A DNA stretch of 63,123 nucleotides, the filler included, from Octopus bimaculoides (Eukaryota), in assembly GCF_001194135.2 (NCBI RefSeq). It is 7 parts of 7 records of this genome, joined end to end, with 100 filler letters (N's around TTAATTAATTAA, not from the genome) between each part and the next. Parts side by side here need not be neighbours in the genome. Positions count along the whole stretch, not along the records: positions 23,844 to 44,365 come from NC_068991.1; positions 44,466 to 47,059 come from NW_026369462.1; positions 47,160 to 55,184 come from NC_068985.1; 4 more parts are not named here. One strand, 5' to 3'. This document shows, piece by piece, positions 38,195 through 48,172 of this stretch. The notes under the pieces are model-generated. The model was given only the letters and a program-made list of their open reading frames with translations, did no database searches and was not told the DNA's origin. Made by a program: the position numbers and the translations under genes. The stretch's first letter is position 1, and each line of letters opens with the position of its first letter.

Positions 38195-39466
38195 ATGGAG
38201 TCATATACAGATTCGGTACTGAATGGCACAATGAATATAACTCAAAGCATCACTATTGAAGAACTCAACAGACAACAAGTTTTAGTAAGAATCCCTTCAA
38301 CCATTCTAGTTATATTAACAATGATCTTTGGTTTCATTGGTAACACTTTAACAGTTTACGTTTACGGATTTCGTTTGAAATTATCGCCAACTTATTTGTT
38401 TGTCGTCATGCTGGCTTGTGCTGATTTGATAATGTGTGCCATTATAACTCCAGGTCGCATTGTCCAAAATGTTTACCCCATGATGACAACCTGGGATGCA
38501 ATGTGCAAAAATCATATGTGTTTATCTGTATTTACAGGACTTTGTAACTGTGGTTTTCTTGTGGCTATTGCTATAGATAGATACAGAAAAGTATGCCAAC
38601 CACTGAAACCTCAGATAACAATGACAGCTGCTAAAATCATCTGTGTCTGTATTTTTATTTTCTGTGCAATACAGGGAAGTATTGCTCTTCTTTACTATGG
38701 GAGTATAAAAAAACCGACGAAATATCCAGGAATCTATAGCTATTCTTGCTCATCCAAAAATTCAAAAAAGCCAAATTATTACCAGCTGGGATTCTTCGCT
38801 TTCTATTTGCTTGTAACCTTTTTCACTATTTTTCTTTTGATAACATTTTATTCCATTGTTTTACGTCGGATGCGAAGCGTCATCAAGACAAGCCAACCAG
38901 TCTTGACATCAGTAACTAATACTGTTAGTTTTAAATCCAAAGACGACAAGCGAAAAAGTGAAGCCATAGTGAACATTGAAAACCCTGCCGACAGTTCTAC
39001 TTCCAATCAAGAAATTGAATTTGTGAACATATCAACCACAGAGAATGTATCCAACACTACTTCCTCATCCTCTGGCGTATATTCCATCGACAATGTTGCA
39101 GCTCAATCGAAAAAATCAACAGAGAAAAAGGAATTACAGAAAAAGCAATCAAATAAAACTTTACCAAGGGAGTCAAATAGTGTTAGACGTGCAAGAGAAC
39201 AAGCTACCCGAGTTCAACGAACCACTGTAACAATGATGATGATTACATTCATCTTTATAGTCACCTATATACCTAGTGTGGTGGCGATGATGGCGAATGC
39301 AGTTTTGAAATCTGAAAGCTCAATGTCGGTAGCGACAGCTATTTTCTATTGGCTCGCACGACATAGTTTTTACGTCAACTCAAGTATAAATCCTATAATT
39401 TACGGTTGCAGGAATCAGAATTTTATAGACGAGGTAAAAAAATTATTTGGAATAAAACAGAAATAA
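38195..39466 (+). CDS. Class A (rhodopsin-like) seven-transmembrane GPCR, orphan peptide-receptor-like, 423 aa, intronless CDS
   Basis: Only long, complex, gap-free ORF. Seven hydrophobic segments with class A signatures: TM1 FIGN, TM2 LACAD, Cys at top of TM3 (MCK) plus ECL2 Cys (YSC), AIDRY, TM5 Tyr, TM6 FIVTYIP, TM7 NSSINPIIY, helix-8-like NQNFIDEVKKLF. N-terminal sequons NGT and NIT. AAACATGG start context with an in-frame TAA at 38189. Ligand/ortholog cannot be assigned by eye. Confidence 0.95.
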   Translation: MESYTDSVLNGTMNITQSITIEELNRQQVLVRIPSTILVILTMIFGFIGNTLTVYVYGFRLKLSPTYLFVVMLACADLIMCAIITPGRIVQNVYPMMTTWDAMCKNHMCLSVFTGLCNCGFLVAIAIDRYRKVCQPLKPQITMTAAKIICVCIFIFCAIQGSIALLYYGSIKKPTKYPGIYSYSCSSKNSKKPNYYQLGFFAFYLLVTFFTIFLLITFYSIVLRRMRSVIKTSQPVLTSVTNTVSFKSKDDKRKSEAIVNIENPADSSTSNQEIEFVNISTTENVSNTTSSSSGVYSIDNVAAQSKKSTEKKELQKKQSNKTLPRESNSVRRAREQATRVQRTTVTMMMITFIFIVTYIPSVVAMMANAVLKSESSMSVATAIFYWLARHSFYVNSSINPIIYGCRNQNFIDEVKKLFGIKQK

Positions 39467-39734
39467 AAGAGATGAACCGAACTTATATTAAGTACTGCAA
39501 AATACGGATCAAAATGAAACCTAACAATAATTTATAAATTTTATGGACAAAATTATTGCATAAATGTATATATACGAATAGTGATATTGTTCACATTAGG
39601 TTGCTACTGTTTCTATAAAATAATTATTTATTTGTTCAATAATATATTCTATCATCTTATTCCATAACCAGACCATTTCATCAGACATTTATGTGCAATT
39701 GACTAATGTATTGATACCTTTTACATGATATTTG

Positions 39735-39798
<64 letters not shown>

Positions 39799-40003
39799 TA
39801 TATATCCAACTTCACAGTTCGTTGCATGAAAAGCGTAACAGGCAAAGCTCGGTGCATCAACAATACATATGTCCTGTTTAGGGTGAATGAATAAATACAC
39901 TGTGCATTTTATATTGAATAATGTGTTTGTCGTTTCTATATCTGTTCACACAGATACACACACGCACACACGCACGCACACATGCACGCGCGCACACACG
40001 CAC

Positions 40004-40038
<35 letters not shown>

Positions 40039-40744
40039 CAAACACACACACACGGGAATATCCAAACGCATGCAGAAACATTCAAACTCACATAGACATA
40101 CACCCGTGCATACACATACACACGAGGGCGCGCACACACACATACACGATGATGGACTCTCCCGTCGTGACGATGTATGAGAGCTCAGCTTTTGCCGAAC
40201 AACCTGCACAAATGATTTGCTTATAGTGATCAAATGTTTGTTCTGCACATTAGCTCTCTCTCTCCATCAAATCGACGATGTCTGAAAAGGTGCAATGTGG
40301 GCTACGCGTGTCAGATGTCAAAGTGATGGCAGAGCAACGCGAGATGAAATGTCTTGCTCAAAAACAACACATCACCCGGTCTAGGAATTGCGCTCACGAT
40401 CTAGCGATCATGAGCGCAACACCCTACCCGCTAGGCCGTGCGCCGTCACATACCCCCCCCCACACGTATATATGTACGACGGNNNNNNNNNNCCTACCCG
40501 CTAGGCCGTGCGCCGTCACATACCCCCCCCCACACGTATATATGTACGACGGTTTTTTTTCAGTTACGTCTACCAAATTGCTCTCACAAGGTCGGCTGGA
40601 GGTGATGCGCAGTGAGACTGAACCCGGAACCATGTGGTTGAGAAGCAAATTTCTTACCACACAGGCACACCTGCGCCTATGTATAAATTATAGATTATAT
40701 TATTTTATATATTTTATTATGTTATATTATATTATAATATATTA

Positions 40745-41460
40745 TATAATACCCGGCATTACTCGGATTAAAGAACTTTTGGCTGACCTTGACATTGTAG
40801 ATAAATTTGACACTTTCCTTCCACGCATGGTTATGTATGTATACAGAAATACACGGGTGCAGAAAATAGTAAACAATGAAAATAGCTTGGTAACGGAAAT
40901 TATATTTCTTAATACGACGGGCAGAAAGTAAATAAGAAATTTTTACGGAAAATAAAGAATTGTACAGATTGAAGCGAAATTTGTCATTCAATGAACCAAA
41001 GAACCGATATTGAAGGAACCAGAAAAAACTGTCAACAACAGGAAAAACACAAAACCGTTGCAAAAGTAAATAACAAATTTTTAGGGAAATTAATAAAGTG
41101 TACGGATTTAAGTGAAAATTTTAAGTTAGATCAGTAAATTATGAACTTATTTTTATCAGTAATTCTGTCAACAAGAAAAAAGCACAAAACGCTGCAAAAG
41201 TAAATAGTTAGATTTGTGTGTGAGTGCAATTGTGTGAGTGCAATTGTGTGAGTGCAGTCTGCCTGGTGTCTATAAGCCAGAAGTAACTTGCTGTTTACTG
41301 TACTAAAACTGAAAATAATATCGAGTCTAAGAGACTGAGAGGAAGATAGAGATAAATAGATATAGATAGATAGAAAGATAAACAGATAGAGATAGAAAGA
41401 GAGATATAGTTAGATGTAAATAAAGAGATATAGATAGACAGACAGAAAGTTTTATCGATT
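40745..41460 (+). mobile_element. Possible non-autonomous Helitron-like relic
   Basis: Begins with a TACCCGGCATTACTCGG hairpin-like motif and ends near GACAGACAGAAAGTTTTAT; internal 42-bp imperfect direct repeat (41030, 41166). Motif resemblance only. Confidence 0.25.
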
Positions 41461-42114
41461 TTTACAGTTCCAGTCATGGATTGGATCTGTAGTCTTCGAA
41501 TTAGCTTTCTCCTTTCTGGTTTGGAGAAGCCTAATTTCTCAAGACTGGTATTTAGGCATATCCCATGAATAGCGGTATAAATGAATGCATCTGGCTAAGT
41601 GGTTAGGATATTCAGCCCACGATCGAAAGGAAATGAGTTGAATACCTACCGGCGCGCTGTGTTCTTTAGCAAGATACTTTTCGTCAAAAGTTTTCAGGGA
41701 AGTTGCTGCTAAATCATCGGGATTTTCCAAGTTGCATCGAAATCCTCAGAACATTCAAGGAAATAATAGGAATTTTCTAAGTTACTCCCAAATCCTCGGA
41801 ATTTCCAGGAGTTTGCTCCTAAATTCTCGGAATTATCCAGGAAGTTGCTCCCAAATCAACGGTACTTTCTAGGAAGTTACTCCTAAACCCTCGGATCTTC
41901 CCAGGAAGTTACTCCTAAANNNNNNNNNNNNNNNNNNNNNNNNNNNNNNNNNNNNNNNNNNNNNNNNNNNNNNNNNNNNNNNNNNNNNNNNNNNNNNNNN
42001 NNNNNNNNNNNNNNNNNNNNNNNNNNNNNNNNNNNNNNNNNNNNNNNNNNNNNNNNNNNNNNNNNNNNNNNNNNNNNNNNNNNNNNNNNNNNNNNNNNNN
42101 NNNNNNNNNNNNNN

Positions 42115-42262
42115 TTAATCAAAACTTCTTGAAAAGATTTTCAAAATTTTGGTCAAAACTTTTGAAAAGTTTTTCAAAATTTAACTCAAAACTTTTTGAA
42201 AAGTTTTTCAAAATTTTCGTCAAAACATGAAAAGTTTTTCAAAATTTTATTTTCGTCAAAAG
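42115..42262 (+). repeat. AT-rich ~33-bp tandem units (CAAAACTTTTGAAAAGTTTTTCAAAATTT) at the outer end of the array
   Basis: Four to five imperfect copies, each with an internal AAAACTTTT/AAAAGTTTT dyad. Confidence 0.85.
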
Positions 42263-43721
42263 TTTTCAGGGAAGTTGCTGCTAAATCATCGGGATTTTCC
42301 AAGTTGCATCGAAATCCTCAGAACATTCAAGGAAATAATAGGAATTTTCTAAGTTACTCCCAAATCCTCGGAATTTCCAGGAGTTTGCTCCTAAATTCTC
42401 GGAATTATCCAGGAAGTTGCTCCCAAATCAACGGTACTTTCTAGGAAGTTACTCCTAAACCCTCGGATCTTCCCAGGAAGTTACTCCTAAATACTCGGAT
42501 CTATCCAGGAAGTTACTTCTAAACCCTCGGAAATTTCCAGGCAGTTGCTCCTATATACTCGGAACTTTCCAGGAAGTTGCTCCTAATTCTTCGAAACTTT
42601 ACAGGAATTTACTCCTAAATCCTCTGAATTTTCCAGGATGTTTCTCCTAAATCCTCGGAATTTCCAGGAAGTTGCACCTAAATACACAGAACTTCCAGGA
42701 AGAGGCTCATAATCCTCGGAATTTTCCAGGAAGATGCTCCTAAAACTTTGCAAATTTCCAGGAAATTGCTATTAAAACCTTGCAACTTTCCCGGAAGTTG
42801 CTCCCAAATCATCGGAACTTTCTAGGAAGTTGCTATGAAATCCCCGGAACTTTCCAGGAAGTTACTCTTAAATCCTTAGAACTTTCTAGGAAACCACGGA
42901 GTTTTCCAAGAAGTTCCTCCTAAGCCCTCGGAAATTTTCAGGAATTTGCTCTTAAATCCTCTTAAATTTCCAGGTAATTGCTCCTAAATCCACGAAACTT
43001 TCCAGGAAGTTGCTCCTAAATCCTCGGAACTTTCCAGGAAGTTGCTCATAAATCCTCGTAACTTTCCAGGAAGTTGCCCCCAAATCCTAGGAACTTTCAA
43101 GAAAATCATCGAAATTTTTCAGGAAGTTGTTCGTACATACACGGAAAATTCCTGGAAGTTGCTCCCAAATCCTCGGAACTTTTCAGGAAGTTGCTCCTAA
43201 ACACTCGGAACTTTCCAGGATGTTGCTTTTAAATACTCGAAATTTCCCAGATAATTGGCCCTAAATCCTCGGAACTTTACTGGAAGTTGCTCCTAAAACC
43301 TCCCAACTTCCGAAGAAGTTCCTCCTAAATCCGCGGATCTATTTAGGAAGTTACTTCTAAACACTTGGAACTTTCCAGGCAGTTGCTCCTAAATCCTCGG
43401 AACTTTCCAGGTAAAGCTCGGAATTTTCAAGGAAGATTCCCTAAATCCTCGGAACATCCCAGGAAGTTGCTCCTAAAACCTCGGAACTTTCCAGTAAAAC
43501 CTAGGAATTTCCACGAAGTGGCTCCTAAATACTCGGAACTTTGCAGGAAGATGCACTAAAACCTCGGAACATTCCAGGCAGTTGCTCTTAAATCCTCAGA
43601 ACTTTCCAGGAAGTTGCTATGAAATCCTAGGAACATTCCAAAAAATTACTCCTAAATCCTTGGAAATTTCAAGGAAATCCTCGGAGTTTTCCAGGAAGTT
43701 GCTCCTAATTCATCGGAACTT
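42253..43721 (+). repeat. Degenerate 32-bp minisatellite array (consensus GGAAGTTGCTCCTAAATCCTCGGAACTTTCCA), roughly 45-50 units with interspersed ~20-bp units
   Basis: GGAAGT recurs at 43005, 43037 and 43069 (period 32). The 41679-41919 copy duplicates the array start across a gap. Confidence 0.95.
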
Positions 43722-43796
43722 ACGTACTTGCATATGTAAGTGCGTACGTTCATACGTACATGCGTACGTGCTTACGTACGTGCATACGTACGCTTG

Positions 43797-44012
43797 AAGT
43801 AAGCGGTTCGGCAAAGCAGAGCGATAAAATGCACAATCCCACCCATAACTTAGCAGTTCTGCATTGGAGATCGATAAAATGCCTCCCTAATTAGCGGTTG
43901 AGCAATTCAGATCGATAAAATGCTCCCCTCTGAAAATTATCGGTTCGGCCATGGCGATTGATACAATGCCCCCGCATAACTTAGCGGTTCAGCAATGGAG
44001 ATCGATAAAATG
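43797..44012 (+). repeat. Five 41-50-bp tandem units derived from the SINE tail (TAACTTAGCGGTTC..CAA..GATCGATAAAATG)
   Basis: Core matches the SINE segment TAACTTAGCGGTT at 59276-59300 and 3836-3860. Confidence 0.75.
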
Positions 44013-44022
44013 GACCCACCCG

Positions 44023-44365
44023 ATACTTTCTGGAAAGTTCTGAGGACTTAGGAGCAACTTCATAGAAAATTCTGATGATTTCCTGGAAAATTCTGGGGAT
44101 TTCCTGGAAAGTTCCGAGGATTTAGGAGCAACTTCCTGGAAAGTTCTGATGATTTCCTGGAAAATTCCGACGATTGAGGTACAACTTCCAAGAAAGATCC
44201 GAGGGGTTACGAGCAACATCCTGGAAAATTCCGAGGATTTATTGGAAAGTTTCGAGGGTTGAGGAGCAACTTCCTAGAAAGTTCCGACGATTTAGGAGGA
44301 ACTTGCTGGAAAATTCCGAGGGTGTCCTGGAAAGTTCCCAGGAATTTTGGAGCAAAATGCTGGAA
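44023..44365 (-). repeat. Inverted copy of the 32-bp minisatellite array, cut by an assembly gap
   Basis: TGGAAAGTTCCGAGGATTTAGGAGCAACTTCC is the reverse complement of the left-arm unit. Confidence 0.92.
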
Positions 44366-44465
44366 NNNNNNNNNNNNNNNNNNNNNNNNNNNNNNNNNNN
44401 NNNNNNNNNTTAATTAATTAANNNNNNNNNNNNNNNNNNNNNNNNNNNNNNNNNNNNNNNNNNNN

Positions 44466-44496
<31 letters not shown>

Positions 44497-44567
44497 ATAT
44501 ATATATTTCACTCTGTATTTCATATCTTCTGTAAAAATTATCTATTACTTAAACAATAACTCGCACC

Positions 44568-44615
44568 GTCTCTGATGATGTGATATATAAAATATCCCGG
44601 AAACAGCTGTAAGGC
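44568..44615 (+). ncRNA. Minimal type I hammerhead ribozyme motif, Penelope-type, core intact
   Basis: GTCT-CTGATGA-TGTGATAT(ATAAA)ATATCCCG-GAAAC-AGCT-GTA-AGGC: core CUGAUGA/GAAA, stem II, palindromic helix III ACAGCUGU, GUA cleavage triplet, stem I GUCU/AGGC. Confidence 0.7.
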
Positions 44616-45106
44616 CTTCTAGATTTCTTAAATATTCATTATGTCTATTTGGGTAAAAGTTAACAAAAGAAAATGGAGAAGAAATACAGTGGACACTTAG
44701 TTAAGTGTATTTGTATCACAGTGAAAAATATAATACCTATTAGATTTGAGATTTAAAGGAACAGAATTAGTAAAAGAAAGAAACATAAAAGAATACTACA
44801 TATGTTTCAATCCGGCCATTAGTTCATCACCATTCAAACGGTGCTAGATGTAAAATAACCCCACATTATGTGCGGATATCATCAGGGAGGATGTTTGCTT
44901 TCAGGTAGTGAGGAACGAAATAACTAAGATCAGGACCATATTTTCAAATATATATTTCTTCTCCATTATCTTTTATTAATCTTTCACATTGAACAGTTTA
45001 TCCATATATATATTGCGGAATTTTCTTTCAACATACTTGATAGAACCAGTTGATATCCGGATTATTAAAAAAATTCTCTTACGAGGAAATTACATCTTCA
45101 ATACTT

Positions 45107-45149
<43 letters not shown>

Positions 45150-46170
45150 NNNNNNNNNNNNNNNNNNNNNNNNNNNNNNNNNNNNNNNNNNNNNNNNNNN
45201 NNNNNNNNNNNNNNNNNNNNNNNNNNNNNNNNNNNNNNNNNNNNNNNNNNNNNNNNNNNNNNNNNNNNNNNNNNNNNNNNNNNNNNNNNNNNNNNNNNNN
45301 NNNNNNNNNNNNNNNNNNNNNNNNNNNNNNNNNNNNNNNNNNNNNNNNNNNNNNNNNNNNNNNNNNNNNNNNNNNNNNNNNNNNNNNNNNNNNNNNNNNN
45401 NNNNNNNNNNNNNNNNNNNNNNNNNNNNNNNNNNNNNNNNNNNNNNNNNNNNNNNNNNNNNNNNNNNNNNNNNNNNNNNNNNNNNNNNNNNNNNNNNNNN
45501 NNNNNNNNNNNNNNNNNNNNNNNNNNNNNNNNNNNNNNNNNNNNNNNNNNNNNNNNNNNNNNNNNNNNNNNNNNNNNNNNNNNNNNNNNNNNNNNNNNNN
45601 NNNNNNNNNNNNNNNNNNNNNNNNNNNNNNNNNNNNNNNNNNNNNNNNNNNNNNNNNNNNNNNNNNNNNNNNNNNNNNNNNNNNNNNNNNNNNNNNNNNN
45701 NNNNNNNNNNNNNNNNNNNNNNNNNNNNNNNNNNNNNNNNNNNNNNNNNNNNNNNNNNNNNNNNNNNNNNNNNNNNNNNNNNNNNNNNNNNNNNNNNNNN
45801 NNNNNNNNNNNNNNNNNNNNNNNNNNNNNNNNNNNNNNNNNNNNNNNNNNNNNNNNNNNNNNNNNNNNNNNNNNNNNNNNNNNNNNNNNNNNNNNNNNNN
45901 NNNNNNNNNNNNNNNNNNNNNNNNNNNNNNNNNNNNNNNNNNNNNNNNNNNNNNNNNNNNNNNNNNNNNNNNNNNNNNNNNNNNNNNNNNNNNNNNNNNN
46001 NNNNNNNNNNNNNNNNNNNNNNNNNNNNNNNNNNNNNNNNNNNNNNNNNNNNNNNNNNNNNNNNNNNNNNNNNNNNNNNNNNNNNNNNNNNNNNNNNNNN
46101 NNNNNNNNNNNNNNNNNCTCTCTCTCTCTCTCTCTCTCTCTTGTTTCTATCCTTATTTCTTTCTGTGTTC

Positions 46171-46205
46171 CTTTCAGTTGAAGAGGTAGGCTCGAAACAT
46201 CAAAG
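46171..46205 (+). ncRNA. Degenerate copy of the 17273 hammerhead-like motif
   Basis: CTTT-CAGTTGA-A-GAG(GTAGG)CTC-GAAAC-ATC-AAAG; flanks TTTCTGTGTTCC and GTTAAACTAATACA shared with 17262-17345. Confidence 0.45.
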
Positions 46206-46559
46206 ACTTTCTTTATTCCCGAGCGTTAAACTAATACATCGTCTGTTGTTTTTTCGTAAATTCTCCCAGATAGCTGTCGTGCTGATGTCGGTTATTGAGG
46301 CAGAAACATGTGCCAATGATTGTCCCATTATCTCCTGACAATAAGTCTGTCTCTTTCTTCAACGGCTTCCCAGTTTTAGAGAATTCTTGATTCTTGGGAT
46401 TTCTCCCCTTTTCCATTAACATTTGGTAATTATAAGACACCCTCTAGAGGCGGAGATAATTTTAAGCAATCAAGAATTTATCCTGTATGGTATTCGATAT
46501 ATCCATATTTGTCTATCCTATCTAATTACATGACGTTTGTTACACTGAGTTATTTCCCT

Positions 46560-47050
46560 TAGCTCATTTGTGTTTGAAGTTTCGCTTATTACAAAGCTCT
46601 ATTGTAATTTTAGTTTCATTCAAGATGAAGATCGTTATCAGCAAAGCCTCGCAGACTTTCCTCTGGAAGTGCCAGATCATTAATCATATTCTTTGCAGTA
46701 AAGGAAAGTGAAGTAGGTGAATCTTTTATAGTCTCTTCTTGCCCCGCAACTTCATCTTATTCTAACGTCATCAGTTCTTAATTAGACAGATATTTTCTAT
46801 GAGAAACTAGCATCTCAACCACGATATCATCTACGACTTTTTCCAAACCATGCATCATTTGCTAGGATCATAGTATCAGGCCGAAATTGATGTGGGTTTT
46901 CTGACGTCAGGAAACCAGAAAAGTCACGCATACAGTTTGACTAAAAGTTTACCAATTCCCATTCACAGTTGTTGGTTTTACCTCAGCCTATTACTCAACT
47001 GCTTTGTCAACTCCCTCTACAGAAGAATCTAATTGCAGGTTTAACTTTCT
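46560..47050 (-). mobile_element. Tigger/pogo-like transposase C-terminal relic
   Basis: Minus strand VDKAVE**AEVKPTTVNGNW..CMRDFSGF..GLEKVVDDIVVEMLVSHRKYLSN*ELMTLE resembles the pogo/Tigger C-terminus; many stops. Confidence 0.5.
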
Positions 47051-47159
47051 CATTTCTTCNNNNNNNNNNNNNNNNNNNNNNNNNNNNNNNNNNNNNNNNN
47101 NNNTTAATTAATTAANNNNNNNNNNNNNNNNNNNNNNNNNNNNNNNNNNNNNNNNNNNN

Positions 47160-47230
<71 letters not shown>

Positions 47231-47231
47231 C

Positions 47232-47396
47232 GACGGGTTTCTTTCAGTTTCCGTCTACCAAATCCACTCACAAGGCTTTGGTCGGCCCGAGGCTATAGTA
47301 GAAGACACTTGCCCAAGGTGCCACGCAGTGGGACTGAACCCGGAATCATGTGGCTGGTAAGCAAGCTACTTACCACACAGCCACTCCTGCGCCTAT
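47232..47396 (-). mobile_element. SINE family 1, 5' half
   Basis: Reverse complement of 59002-59165. Similar halves at 5728-5878, 13470-13585 and 40552-40680 (all minus). Confidence 0.8.
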
Positions 47397-48085
47397 AAAT
47401 TTATAAATGTATATCTTTAAGGTGACACTGATTATTACTTATGCTACTTTCATTAGCCCAAGACGCACATTATTTGTTTATGCCAATACCGTTTACCTGT
47501 CATGTGGTCACCACTTTATCTATTCGAGGTTTCCTATTCTGTTTCAATCATTTCTTTTCCTTTTCCTCAGTGTCCGTTTCCCTCCCACTTCTCAGAAATT
47601 TCGCAGAGAACTTCGCTAATCTGTTGTGCTGCTTAAGTTATTTCTTGCCGAACAATAATTAGCCAGATCTCCATTAATTATAGCTAAAATCCTATTAGTT
47701 CTGTAATAACTAATCGGAGCACTTTTATCAAGATTAATTAAGTCAACGAATATGTAATTCCGGAGAGTTATTAACCATGTCATTCTTTAATGTCGTAAAC
47801 GTTTAAGCAATATAGGACAGTAAATGATTTTGTAGAACAGCGTCGGCAGCTGTCTTTGAACATATTTAGATAGGGTCAAATTTCATGCTTGGCACCTGCT
47901 GGCTGCTGGTATACAACGACGTTCCGCTACTACTAGTCTTTATGAGCAAAGTTGCTAAGTTTAATATCTTTGGAATAGAAATACCTTAAAATGTTCTTAA
48001 CCAAACGCTACCCATTCTCATTGATTGACAGGTTTTAGTCCCACTCACTTTAGATTATTTAAGTATATATGTATGTAATATCTAT

Positions 48086-48121
<36 letters not shown>

Positions 48122-48137
48122 ATATCTATCTATCTAT

Positions 48138-48172
<35 letters not shown>

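Noticed and set aside
42253-43721. 32-bp repeat array as a CRISPR array
   Set aside because: No unique spacers, degenerate head-to-tail units, eukaryotic context and no cas genes.
44830-45100. Possible mariner C-terminal remnant on the minus strand
   Set aside because: Similarity limited to scattered residues among stops.
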